Of a DNA stretch of 64,000 nt, positions 19,485 to 28,664 are shown piece after piece. The stretch comes from a virus: the IMG/VR virus record IMGVR_UViG_3300009151_000034, positions 32,001-96,000 of that record. One strand, written 5' to 3'. Both the position numbers and the translations under genes were made by a program. The notes beneath the pieces are model-generated. The model was not told the DNA's origin. It ran no database searches and saw nothing but the letters and a program-made list of their open reading frames with translations. The stretch's first letter is position 1; each line of letters opens with the position of its first letter.

Positions 19485-19544
19485 GTCTCTGTATCCCTTG
19501 TTGATAGAAGCATCTTATAGGGTTATGCCGATCATGTCAAGCAT

Positions 19545-19712
19545 TTATTTTGCACTTTTAAGTCCAGAGATTGCACTGAATTCTCCAAGAATAGTTCCCT
19601 TTTCCGTCATGAGAACAGAATCAAACCCTGCGCGGATCATGTGGGCAACCGCCTTTTCCATCGTGATAAAGGATTTGGTGTAGGCAAAGTTCGTAAATTG
19701 CACCAGAAACAT
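19545..19712 (-). CDS. Small early protein (55 aa, MFLVQFTNF...)
   Basis: Manual translation; GGGAG RBS plus promoter. Confidence 0.6.
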   Translation of the reverse strand: MFLVQFTNFAYTKSFITMEKAVAHMIRAGFDSVLMTEKGTILGEFSAISGLKSAK

Positions 19713-19770
19713 CAGGTAGTCTCCCTTGTCGGTAAAAGCATATTATCAGAATCAACAGGATAGTCAAGTC

Positions 19771-20037
19771 TTATTTTGCCATAAATTTCGTAATAATGTC
19801 GAGCATTTCGGGAGAGATTTCAACCACGACACTCTGTTCGTTTCCGTTTTTGAAGGCAATCGTAAGCGCACCGTCATATTTTGAAATGTAGTTGGGGGTC
19901 AAATAGGTCGCCTTGGTGTAGCCTTCGTTGAGCGCCTCGGGATAGAACCGAGCATGTTCGCGGTGTTCAGTTACATTAGCGAACACCTGCAAGTCTTTGA
20001 CAAAGGTGTTTTCGATAACGCGGATGTTGCTGGTCAT
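19771..20037 (-). CDS. Hypothetical early protein
   Basis: Start at MTSNIRV after RBS. Confidence 0.65.
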   Translation of the reverse strand: MTSNIRVIENTFVKDLQVFANVTEHREHARFYPEALNEGYTKATYLTPNYISKYDGALTIAFKNGNEQSVVVEISPEMLDIITKFMAK

Positions 20038-20106
20038 GGTGTGGTATCCCTTGGTTGATGAAGGTATCATATATGAGGTCGAGAATGGAGTCAATCCCTT
20101 ATTTTA

Positions 20107-20319
20107 TTATTTTCGCGCCAACCATTCGGGCATCGTGATATTGGCGTCCTGAACAGTGATAAGGCGTTTCGTCCCTTCATTAACGATCTCATATTCATCA
20201 TCGAGATATTCCACAGTGCAGAGGCTTTTGGGACGAAACTCACCACCCAAAATGCAAAAAGCTTTTGCAGTCTCACGTGAAGGCACAAGGATGGTTTGGA
20301 AGGTCACGGTCTTGGTCAT
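20107..20319 (-). CDS. Hypothetical early protein
   Basis: ETAKAF..PKS..MPEWLA motif. Confidence 0.65.
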   Translation of the reverse strand: MTKTVTFQTILVPSRETAKAFCILGGEFRPKSLCTVEYLDDEYEIVNEGTKRLITVQDANITMPEWLARK

Positions 20320-20468
20320 ATGGCTATCTCCTGTCTATGAAAAGAATATACAGGGCATCTTGATCCTCGTCAACACTTTTTTTAAAACTTTTTCGATAAA
20401 AAGTTCTTGACCACCTATAAGAATATAGCTATAAGAGCCTCCAACGACAGTTTATATGGAGTTTTGAT

Positions 20469-21371
20469 ATGCCTCGTGGTGTTCCGTCTGCTGGTTTCCG
20501 TCTTACTAAGAGGCGTGCTGAAGGCAATTTTGTCGCAAAGCCTACCAACAAGCCTGTCATGAATAAGATCATGCATGTGGTTCAAATGCCTGTTGTGCAT
20601 GAGACCGACGCGCAAATTGAAGCTAAACTGAATGACCGTTTTGACATTCTCACTTCGATGACCAACGCAGCCATTCGTGGTGATGTGCGTTCTCTGATTG
20701 TTTCCGGTCCTGCGGGGTTGGGAAAAAGCTTTACGGTAGAACAGGCCCTTACTAAGTGGGATCATCGTGGGCTTAACCATACGATTATCAAAGGCTATGT
20801 CCGCACTACTGGTCTTTACCGTCTTCTTTATCAAAATCGTCATCGTGGTCAGGTTTTGGTGTTCGATGACGCTGATGATGTTTTTACAGATGATAAATCG
20901 ATTGGTCTGCTTAAGGCGGTTTGTGATAGCACAAAGAAACGGGTTGTTAGCTATTTGACTGAAGGTGTTCTTATCGATGAAGATAGTGCAACAGCGATTC
21001 CTAAAAAATTCGAATTTGAAGGCACGATCATTTTCATTACCAACTACGATTTTGATGTTATGATTGATCGTGGACATAAGCTTACACCACATTTTCAGGC
21101 TCTTGTTTCCCGTAGTCATTATATTGATCTGGCCATGAAGACTAAGCGTGATTATCTTGTTCGTATTAAACAAGTTATGCGTCTTGGTCTTCTGCGTAAT
21201 CAGGGTCTTGATCAACAAGCAGAATATGATGTGTTAAATTTTATCAACCAAAATATTGAAAGGCTTCGTGAATTGTCTCTGCGAATGGCTATTAAGCTTG
21301 GAACCATCCGCAAGACAACAGGCCATGATTGGGAAAAAACTGCCCTAGTTACTTGCTGCAAAAATTCATGA
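20469..21371 (+). CDS. AAA-family ATPase
   Basis: Walker A GPAGLGKS, Walker B VLVFDD, IIFITN. Confidence 0.9.
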   Translation: MPRGVPSAGFRLTKRRAEGNFVAKPTNKPVMNKIMHVVQMPVVHETDAQIEAKLNDRFDILTSMTNAAIRGDVRSLIVSGPAGLGKSFTVEQALTKWDHRGLNHTIIKGYVRTTGLYRLLYQNRHRGQVLVFDDADDVFTDDKSIGLLKAVCDSTKKRVVSYLTEGVLIDEDSATAIPKKFEFEGTIIFITNYDFDVMIDRGHKLTPHFQALVSRSHYIDLAMKTKRDYLVRIKQVMRLGLLRNQGLDQQAEYDVLNFINQNIERLRELSLRMAIKLGTIRKTTGHDWEKTALVTCCKNS

Positions 21372-21375
21372 AACG

Positions 21376-21408
21376 AAAAAGGGGAGCCATAAAAAGCTCC
21401 CCTTTTTT
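21376..21408. terminator. Bidirectional intrinsic terminator
   Basis: A-tract-GGGGAGC-loop-GCTCCCC-T-tract. Confidence 0.85.
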
Positions 21409-22160
21409 TAAGTCAAAACACCAAGACGATCTTTTTCAATAATATATTCTTTTACTAAGTCCGACCTAAGAATATCATCTTTGGTAAACTCTACAAACTG
21501 AAAAGATTTAATATTTTTGATGATCCGCATGAAGTCTTTGATGCCATTTTTATCACGATCATAAATGAAATCTGATTGGCTAAAATCTCCCGCAAAAATG
21601 ATCTTGCAGTTCTTACCAACTCGGGTGATAACAGAATCAAGTTCGTGTGATGTGGCATTCTGGCATTCGTCTGTAATGACAATACAATCATTCAAAGTAA
21701 TGCCACGAATGAATGAAGTTGAAATAAACTCAACTAAACCGCGTGTTTTTAAATATTCGTATGCGTCTGATCTATGAAAAAGTTCTGTGCAAATTGCATA
21801 GTATGGTGCTTCATAAACCTTAGTTTTTTCTTTATTTGTTCCTGGCAAGAAACCCATATCTCTTGTTGGAACTACTGATCTTACGATATAGATTTTTTTA
21901 TATTGTGAGTCTGTTTGCAATAGTTCTTCAAGAGCCAAATAAAGAGAAATGAATGTTTTACCTGTTCCTGCAATACCATGAAGCATCAGATGTTTGCCTT
22001 CATTATAGGCTTTAAATGTGATCTTCTGGTTTTGTGTCAATGGTCGAATTTCATCTAATGTAAAATTCAACGTCTGTGTGGGCGGTTTCCCTTCATTGGT
22101 TTTTTGTTTTCTTTTTTCTTTTCTTGAAGTTCGCCGTGTTCTTGCTGGTGAAGATTCCAT
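21408..22160 (-). CDS. phoH: PhoH-family ATPase
   Basis: GIAGTGKT, GFLPG, RGIT, DECQN, TRVG, GD..QSD, RS. Confidence 0.95.
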   Translation of the reverse strand: MESSPARTRRTSRKEKRKQKTNEGKPPTQTLNFTLDEIRPLTQNQKITFKAYNEGKHLMLHGIAGTGKTFISLYLALEELLQTDSQYKKIYIVRSVVPTRDMGFLPGTNKEKTKVYEAPYYAICTELFHRSDAYEYLKTRGLVEFISTSFIRGITLNDCIVITDECQNATSHELDSVITRVGKNCKIIFAGDFSQSDFIYDRDKNGIKDFMRIIKNIKSFQFVEFTKDDILRSDLVKEYIIEKDRLGVLT

Positions 22161-22171
22161 TTTTTATCTCT

Positions 22172-22420
22172 TTAAAAAGTGTTTATTGTCGATCTAGTAA
22201 ATCCCTTCGAGTGTGTTTTCTTTATCTCCTTTAATCTGTCTCTGAATGCTGAATCTGGCTTTTTCAATCCTAACCGAATCGAATCACCGATAGCAGGCGC
22301 TGAAAGAGTTTGTGTAATATGAGGATTTTTCTTGAGAAATATATCTAGCTCTTTAATTGATAACATATCCTCAAATGTTTCCTGAGTTTCATTATTCAAA
22401 AATTGGTATGTGGGCATCAA
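22172..22420 (-). CDS. FmdB-like small regulatory protein
   Basis: MPTYQF.N..T.E..NPHI..KPD..F; usual neighbour of phoH. Confidence 0.65.
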   Translation of the reverse strand: MMPTYQFLNNETQETFEDMLSIKELDIFLKKNPHITQTLSAPAIGDSIRLGLKKPDSAFRDRLKEIKKTHSKGFTRSTINTF

Positions 22421-22596
22421 TCGTATTCCTCATCTTCTTCCATTTCTAGTAACCCTGCAATATTCTTTGATCTAAGAACATTAACAAGACGCTTATTTTT
22501 GCGCTTTTCTTTGTCTTGTAGTTTATTATGATAGTTAGTTTCTTCATCTACATAATCACGTTCGATTTTGCGGACATTAATTTTAGACTTGCTCAT
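22417..22596 (-). CDS. Small hypothetical protein (59 aa)
   Basis: Manual translation MSKSKINVRK...; ATGA/TGATG overlaps at both ends. Confidence 0.6.
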   Translation of the reverse strand: MSKSKINVRKIERDYVDEETNYHNKLQDKEKRKNKRLVNVLRSKNIAGLLEMEEDEEYD

Positions 22597-23009
22597 GCTG
22601 GTAGTAATCCTGGAAACCCCTTGTTGATAAGTTCGCGTGTAATATTCGGATAAGGTAATTTTTTATCTTTAACAGCCAAAAGAAGTTTTGCATCGGCTTC
22701 AGAAACAGTTTCAAGTAATTCCACGAAAAGTGCTTCACGGCGAAGTTGTTTTAATGTTTGATGACCGTTTTGCACAAAAAGATATAATTTACGAGTTTGA
22801 GTGTATAATGATCCTTCCTGATCCACAAGAGTATTTGGTTTATATGGTGGCGAACCTTCTGGTAAGAGCCAAACTATATTTGGATCAAATGCACCACGGA
22901 TCATTGATTCTAGTGGCGCGCTAAAATTTTGTTTCAAAACCATAATACGTTCATCATCTGTCTGCATCTTCGAAGCTTTTTCAAAGATTTCCGCCAACCC
23001 TAATTTCAT
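22593..23009 (-). CDS. Conserved T4-like protein (DUF6433-like)
   Basis: FDPNIVWLLPEGSPPY..RREALF..LLE..DAKLL..KDK. Confidence 0.75.
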   Translation of the reverse strand: MKLGLAEIFEKASKMQTDDERIMVLKQNFSAPLESMIRGAFDPNIVWLLPEGSPPYKPNTLVDQEGSLYTQTRKLYLFVQNGHQTLKQLRREALFVELLETVSEADAKLLLAVKDKKLPYPNITRELINKGFPGLLPA

Positions 23010-23395
23010 TATACGAAGTCTCCAATACTTTCGGTTAAATTCTTAAGTTTATGATCCATAAAATACGTCAACAAATTCTTGGCTTTTTTGCCTTCTTGTT
23101 CCGTATAACTATTTACTACTTCATTATATATGTTTTCAGGAATGTTAGCAAGATCAATTAGCTGTTCATTTCTTTTGTAATTTCGCAACATGGTTTCATT
23201 ACAAAACAATTTAGGTTCAGAATGTTTGAGCCACTCCTCTAGTTTTTTCTTGAAAAGTGGTTTTTGTCTTTCTCCAATAACTAAACAATTATCGTTTGAT
23301 AAAATATTAGGAATGCCATCGCTAGTATCACCAGATATGATATGCTCAATCCGATATTTTTCAATTTCTTCTCGTGTCATATATTTTTTTATCAT
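23009..23395 (-). CDS. rnh: RNase H/5' nuclease, C-terminal half of split gene
   Basis: EHIISGDTSDGIPNILS..RN..LIDL..IP. Confidence 0.85.
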   Translation of the reverse strand: MIKKYMTREEIEKYRIEHIISGDTSDGIPNILSNDNCLVIGERQKPLFKKKLEEWLKHSEPKLFCNETMLRNYKRNEQLIDLANIPENIYNEVVNSYTEQEGKKAKNLLTYFMDHKLKNLTESIGDFV

Positions 23396-23480
23396 AATTT
23401 GTTAAAAATCCTTGTCGCTTTATATAAATAAAAGAAGTAACGTCAAAAGAAAGTATTTTAGTTATGGCATATATTTATGG

Positions 23481-23981
23481 TCAATCTTTCCTTTGGATTA
23501 AAACATCCTTTACTGGTTGATATATTGCAACATTATCATAGGCCAGTAATTGTATAAAATCGTGATCCCCAGAAAGTATAAGAATTTTTTCCTTGGAAGA
23601 ATACTCCATTACCAATGACGCAATAACATCATCTGCCTCTGCATGTTCAATATCAATAACTGGATATGGAAAATTGACCATGAGTTCATTACGAAGTTTA
23701 TTGAAACATTCGAAAATCATTTTCCAATCTAGTTCAGAGGCTTCTCGGTTCTTTTTACGATTTGCCTTATAATACGGAAAAACTTCTTTACGCCAGTATC
23801 GTTTGCCATCACATGCAATAACAAGCTCACCATATTCTTTTTTAAATTTTGAACGATATGAACGAATCGAATTCAAAACCATATGGCGAATCATATTTTC
23901 TTCAACCTTGGCGTTTTTATGATTGCCAAGTTGAACCATAAGATTTGATAACATAACTTGTGATAAGTCCACAATGATCAT
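23481..23981 (-). CDS. rnh: RNase H/5' nuclease, N-terminal half of split gene
   Basis: MIIVD..YWRK..FPYYKANR..EADD..SGDHDFIQL. Confidence 0.88.
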   Translation of the reverse strand: MIIVDLSQVMLSNLMVQLGNHKNAKVEENMIRHMVLNSIRSYRSKFKKEYGELVIACDGKRYWRKEVFPYYKANRKKNREASELDWKMIFECFNKLRNELMVNFPYPVIDIEHAEADDVIASLVMEYSSKEKILILSGDHDFIQLLAYDNVAIYQPVKDVLIQRKD

Positions 23982-24000
23982 ATTTTAAAAGAGCCTAAGC

Positions 24001-24372
24001 TCATCCTCCGTTTTCTGATGTTACGACAATTTTTACTAAATCTGATAAAGTTAATATACCTTCATCATCTTCTTCAAATATATTTTTACACATTTCTTGA
24101 AATGGATGGTGTATTCCATAACTTTTTAATAATAAAGACCTCAAAGCTTCGATTACAAATGCACCATCTTTAATATCTCCATCATCTTCGGCAGGCTCAA
24201 ATCCTGCTATGGAAAGTTGATCAAAAAACTTAGGCATAATCGTTTCGATAGTTTCTTGAATATGGAACTGTTTGACTAGTTCCATATTATCTTCAATTTC
24301 TTCTATCGTTTGAGGACTTTGTGGCTTTGGGTGTTTTTTAGGAAAACTAACTACATTATTAGAGTATGCCAT
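24001..24372 (-). CDS. Conserved T4-like hypothetical protein
   Basis: NNVVSFP..HPFQ motif. Confidence 0.7.
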   Translation of the reverse strand: MAYSNNVVSFPKKHPKPQSPQTIEEIEDNMELVKQFHIQETIETIMPKFFDQLSIAGFEPAEDDGDIKDGAFVIEALRSLLLKSYGIHHPFQEMCKNIFEEDDEGILTLSDLVKIVVTSENGG

Positions 24373-24396
24373 ATTTGGGTGTTCCTGTCAATAGAG

Positions 24397-25404
24397 TTAT
24401 TTGTCAAAATAGATAATTTCACTGCCAGTTCCCACAAAATTAAAATCATAAATTTTACAACTTGGAGATTTTTTAAGGATGTTTTGAGCAAGTTTTTCTC
24501 TGTCTGAAACTGGAACATAAAAGATAAAAAACCCACCACCACCTGCGCCCAAAAGTTTACCACCAATAGCACCAGACATTATTGCCGTTTCGTAAATGCC
24601 ATCAAAATAATCATTACTAATTTCTTTGGTAACACGTTTTTTATCGTGCCATGCCATATCTAGTAAATTTCCAAAACTATCCACATCACCACGTTCGATA
24701 AAGTCAACAGCCTTTATTGCTTTGTCTCTACCATTAGCAACTAAATTAAACTTATCTTCTTGTAACATGGCTGCCTTTTGATTTTTGAGAATTTCATTAG
24801 CAGATCGGCCAACACCACTATAAACAAGTAAAAGATTTTCGTTAAGCTTTTGAATTGTCTCGGAAGTTATTTTTGGTTTGATAACAGTCACAGATTCATC
24901 GGAATGAAATTTTAAATAATTGAAACCCCCATAAGCAGCAGCATATTGGTCTTGTTTACCGATAGGATATTGGCAACGGTCAATTTCAATTTTACATGCA
25001 GCAGAAGCTAAAATTTCAGAATATTTTATTGGAGTTTTTTTACGATTTTCATTTTCATAAATCATCGTATTAATAAGACCAACGGTGAATGCAGAAGATG
25101 ATCCTAAACCAGTTCCTCTAGCAAGAACATCTGAAATTGAAGCCGTAGTGTATTTTTCACTTGTAACATATTCTTTAAATGTTTCACGAGTAATATCATG
25201 ACGCATTTTATCAATTTCGTCAACAATTTCTATGCTGTCATAAATGTTCCTGAAACCAGAATGCGGAACATTATGAGTCATTACATAAATGTATTTATCA
25301 ATCGTGGCAGAAAAAGCGGCGCCAGAAGACTTCTGATAAAAAGAAGACATATCACTACCACCACTAAAAAAACTTATCCTCAAAGGGGTCTTAGAAATAA
25401 TCAT
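24397..25404 (-). CDS. hddA: GHMP kinase, D-glycero-alpha-D-manno-heptose-7-phosphate kinase-like
   Basis: TPLRISF.GGSD..GTGLGSSS..GKQDQYAAAYGG..GGKLLGAGGGG. Confidence 0.85.
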   Translation of the reverse strand: MIISKTPLRISFFSGGSDMSSFYQKSSGAAFSATIDKYIYVMTHNVPHSGFRNIYDSIEIVDEIDKMRHDITRETFKEYVTSEKYTTASISDVLARGTGLGSSSAFTVGLINTMIYENENRKKTPIKYSEILASAACKIEIDRCQYPIGKQDQYAAAYGGFNYLKFHSDESVTVIKPKITSETIQKLNENLLLVYSGVGRSANEILKNQKAAMLQEDKFNLVANGRDKAIKAVDFIERGDVDSFGNLLDMAWHDKKRVTKEISNDYFDGIYETAIMSGAIGGKLLGAGGGGFFIFYVPVSDREKLAQNILKKSPSCKIYDFNFVGTGSEIIYFDK

Positions 25405-26414
25405 TACAAAGTCCTGTATATAAAAGTTTCGGTTTGTTTTTTACGACTTTCTAGTGTTGGATATTGTGCCAAAAGTTGTTTAAGCATCATTTCCCATTGA
25501 TTTTTAATACGATTTATATTATAACGAGAATCGACAAAAATTTTATTGAAATCAATCATATTTTTGTGAAGATTATTTTTATACATTTGAATTGCTGCAT
25601 CCAAGTGGTTTGTAAAAATATTTACATGAACATTATTATTTTGGCTACCATTATACATCATATTAAGACCACCTGATGTTTCTGGCAACGCACCAAAGTT
25701 TGGATGCACACAAATCAAACCAGCAGACATAGCTTCAAGCATAGCGCGACAGGAAGTTTCTAGCCAAATCGAAGGATATGCAAAAATATGAGATTTATTT
25801 AAATGTGTTTTTAAATCGATATTTGGAACAAATCCGTAATATGTAATTTGTGGATGGTTTTTACAACGATCAAAAAGTTTTTCGAATGGAGCATCAGCAG
25901 TATTCCATCCATAAATTTTGAAACTTGAAAACACATCAAGATGAATTTCTGGATGCTTCTTTGCTAATGCTTCAAAAGCAGGAACAAGAATTTCCAAACC
26001 ACGTTGAGGGGTTGATGTGTAAACTAAACGAATTTTACCATCTCCTTCAGTATACCGCAAAAATGGATCAGCGGGTTCGATACCAGATTCTAAAATGATT
26101 GATTTTTCATCATAAGGAAGCCCGTGAATGAGTTGATATCGACCATATTGCCAATTAGAAACAAATACAAATTTATGAATATCTTTAAGAAATGATGGGT
26201 CTTTGAATTTATTGGATTCTGGGTCTTCGGCCAAATCATGTGCCCAAAAAATTCTAATCTTGTCTTGTTCTAATGTTCTTGGTCTAGAACAAATAATTTG
26301 AAAGTTATCAAGTAGTTCTGGGTCCAGCATTGTTGTTAGTTTGCGTTTTGCAATTTCAGTCCCACCGAATGCATTTTGAGAAATTTCGTTCTCTTCAAAA
26401 CCTGCCATAATCAA
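25404..26414 (-). CDS. Glycosyltransferase (GT-B, family 4-like)
   Basis: GGTE..YTSTPQRGL..YPSIWLETSC..EAMSAG. Confidence 0.88.
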   Translation of the reverse strand: MIMAGFEENEISQNAFGGTEIAKRKLTTMLDPELLDNFQIICSRPRTLEQDKIRIFWAHDLAEDPESNKFKDPSFLKDIHKFVFVSNWQYGRYQLIHGLPYDEKSIILESGIEPADPFLRYTEGDGKIRLVYTSTPQRGLEILVPAFEALAKKHPEIHLDVFSSFKIYGWNTADAPFEKLFDRCKNHPQITYYGFVPNIDLKTHLNKSHIFAYPSIWLETSCRAMLEAMSAGLICVHPNFGALPETSGGLNMMYNGSQNNNVHVNIFTNHLDAAIQMYKNNLHKNMIDFNKIFVDSRYNINRIKNQWEMMLKQLLAQYPTLESRKKQTETFIYRTL

Positions 26415-26422
26415 AACAATCC

Positions 26423-27145
26423 TTATAGAGTATAATTTGATTTTTGTGCATCATTAAAGAACATGCACACAGTTTCATAAGAATAATCATAAAGAGGCTT
26501 TCCGATTATAGAAAGTTTCTTGATGATATCTGGGGTCATCGTAATAATATCACATCCCACATTTTGAGCCTGAACAAAATTATATACTTCTCTGGTTGAA
26601 GCCCAAAGAAATTCTACATTTTTATCAGCGGGAGTTTTCGTATTAATACAATATTTAACTGAATATTCTGGATCAACACCAGCATCAGCAATTCGACCAG
26701 CAAAAATTGAGATAATAGAAGGTGTATTTGTATCAAGATGATCTAGAATCGAAGAAGTTTGAAGTGCAGTAAAAACAGCAGTAACATTGCAACGAATTCC
26801 TTTTTTGCTGATTTTATTAATCAAATCATATGTAGGAACTCGCTTAGTATTCATCACAGGAATTTTAACATAAATTGGATAACCAAATCTTGTTTCCAAA
26901 CCAGCAAGAATTTCAGCCTGTCGAATGATTTCATCATCTTCATCAGCGAATACTTCAAGACTGATGTTTGTATCAGGCCGAATTTCTTTTAGCTTTGGAA
27001 TAATTCTTTCGCAAAAATCCATGTAATTTGTAATACCAGCCGATCTCATAAGAGAAGGATTGGTGGTAAATCCTTTCACTATCGGATTGGCTGCTGCATT
27101 TAAAATTCCATCATAATCTGCACCATCAGCAAAAATTTTAGTCAT
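26423..27145 (-). CDS. tal: Transaldolase
   Basis: GFTTNPS..YVKIP..NVTAVF..SIFAGRIAD..LWASTRE. Confidence 0.9.
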   Translation of the reverse strand: MTKIFADGADYDGILNAAANPIVKGFTTNPSLMRSAGITNYMDFCERIIPKLKEIRPDTNISLEVFADEDDEIIRQAEILAGLETRFGYPIYVKIPVMNTKRVPTYDLINKISKKGIRCNVTAVFTALQTSSILDHLDTNTPSIISIFAGRIADAGVDPEYSVKYCINTKTPADKNVEFLWASTREVYNFVQAQNVGCDIITMTPDIIKKLSIIGKPLYDYSYETVCMFFNDAQKSNYTL

Positions 27146-27671
27146 TATTTAATTCCTTTATTAGATTCACGGCAGTTAAAATATCTTGCGCGAAAAATGT
27201 TGGTTGAACGTGTTTATATTCATCTGGAGAATAATATTCTTTGCCAATGAAAATAGTGGAAAGATTACTTTTGGCACCACAAACTATATCTTTCCATCTA
27301 TCGCCAATCATATAACTTACACTTGGATGTATATCATAATCTTCAATTAAAGTCAATACCATTCCGTTATTTGGTTTGTAGTTAAAAGATTTTCGATCTA
27401 ATGCACAAATGATATCATCTACGCCCATATCTAAAATTATCTTAGTCATAATTTCGAGCGTTTCATAATTCATTTTTCCATCAAGATGATCTGGTTGATT
27501 GGTAACTACAAATACCATATACCCCATTTTCTTTAGGGTGTCAATCGATTCTTCAGCGTAAGGAAGAATTTCAAATTCTTCAAGAGACCAGGGTGCTGTA
27601 GAAATTCCGGTTTTTCTTGGGACTAACTTATTTATAACACCGTCACGATCAAGAAAAACTGCTTTTACCAT
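27138..27671 (-). CDS. gmhB: Heptose-1,7-bisphosphate phosphatase (HAD IIIA)
   Basis: FLDRDGVIN..VTNQ..KP..GM..MIGDR..D. Confidence 0.82.
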   Translation of the reverse strand: MVKAVFLDRDGVINKLVPRKTGISTAPWSLEEFEILPYAEESIDTLKKMGYMVFVVTNQPDHLDGKMNYETLEIMTKIILDMGVDDIICALDRKSFNYKPNNGMVLTLIEDYDIHPSVSYMIGDRWKDIVCGAKSNLSTIFIGKEYYSPDEYKHVQPTFFAQDILTAVNLIKELNND

Positions 27672-28249
27672 TTTGTCTTCATAATTTGAAGATCAGGATG
27701 AGAAACCACACAATGCCAAACTACTGCTTGGAATGCTTCACTATGTGGTGTAACTCGGGAAGAATTTGGCATAGGGACGACAATAGCAACATCACTGTTT
27801 TGTGCCGCATAACCATCAAATTTTCCTACGATGGATAGAATAGCAGAACCCATTTCTTTAGCATGTTCTATGGCCTTAATCAAATTTACAGAAACATTTT
27901 TTTCTTTGTTCCCACCACCAACCGAAAGAATAATGATGGTATCTTCAACTTCTAGTTTTGATACTTTAAGCCATTCAACAAATATAGATTCAAAACCATC
28001 ATCGTTCGCTCTAGCCGTAAGTTCCGAAACATTATCCGTTGGAGCATAAGTTTCTATACCGCATAACTTACGAAGATCATTGACCATATGACTAGCATTT
28101 GCAGCAGAGCCACCAATACCAAGAACGAAAACTCGGTTGCCATTTTTTTGAGCCACGCGAAGATAATTAACAAATTCTTGGATATCATTTTTGTTAATTT
28201 GTTTAGCGATTTCAATTACTTCTTCTAAGTATGTTGAGATGTGTTGCAT
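27665..28249 (-). CDS. gmhA: Phosphoheptose isomerase (SIS domain)
   Basis: GIGGSAANASH..LTARAND..E..Q..H. Confidence 0.85.
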   Translation of the reverse strand: MQHISTYLEEVIEIAKQINKNDIQEFVNYLRVAQKNGNRVFVLGIGGSAANASHMVNDLRKLCGIETYAPTDNVSELTARANDDGFESIFVEWLKVSKLEVEDTIIILSVGGGNKEKNVSVNLIKAIEHAKEMGSAILSIVGKFDGYAAQNSDVAIVVPMPNSSRVTPHSEAFQAVVWHCVVSHPDLQIMKTKW

Positions 28250-28647
28250 AATCTATTCCTTAATTCAGTGCTGCTATATGAATGCAGACGGTCAATATAA
28301 ATGATTTTGATACCAAGTTCTTGGCAAATATCTTCACCAGTTACTTGCGTTCCTTTATATTCACTGCCCAAGTAACGAGTATCAATTTTTGTTGTAGCTA
28401 AAATATTTTCCAAATCACGTTCAGTGTCATATGGAATGATTCGGTCAATGTAATGACATGCATTCAACTGAACATAACGTTCGAATGTAGTTTGCATTGG
28501 TTTGTTTTTTGTTTCGGGGCGGTCAATCGTTGGATCAGTGTGAAGACCTGTAATCAAATAATCACAGGTCTGTTTGCACCTTTGCAACAAAATAACATGC
28601 CCAGGATGAAATAAATCAAAAGCCCCGCATGTAAATCCAATAATCAT
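28225..28647 (-). CDS. HIGH-motif nucleotidyltransferase (TagD/HldC-like)
   Basis: GAFDLFHPGH..ER..R.H.YSST. Confidence 0.85.
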   Translation of the reverse strand: MIIGFTCGAFDLFHPGHVILLQRCKQTCDYLITGLHTDPTIDRPETKNKPMQTTFERYVQLNACHYIDRIIPYDTERDLENILATTKIDTRYLGSEYKGTQVTGEDICQELGIKIIYIDRLHSYSSTELRNRLCNTSQHT

Positions 28648-28664
28648 TTATTATCTCAATACGT

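Larger units (their letters stand above)
16795..20435. promoter_or_regulatory. Series of ~10 sigma70-type early promoters, about one per gene
   Basis: TTGAC(T/A/G)-16/17nt-TAnnnT on minus strand with -35 at ~16818, 17905, 18589, 18820, 19287, 19535, 19762, 20089, 20368; plus-strand one at 20407. Confidence 0.75.

Noticed and set aside
20415-21218. 267-aa minus-strand ORF
   Set aside because: Antisense shadow of the AAA ATPase with no recognisable motifs.
23396-23480. Group I intron or gene-60-type ribosomal bypass in rnh
   Set aside because: The gap is only 85 nt, AT-rich and lacks an intron core. There is no in-frame matching GAT landing codon, and the second half has its own RBS and ATG.
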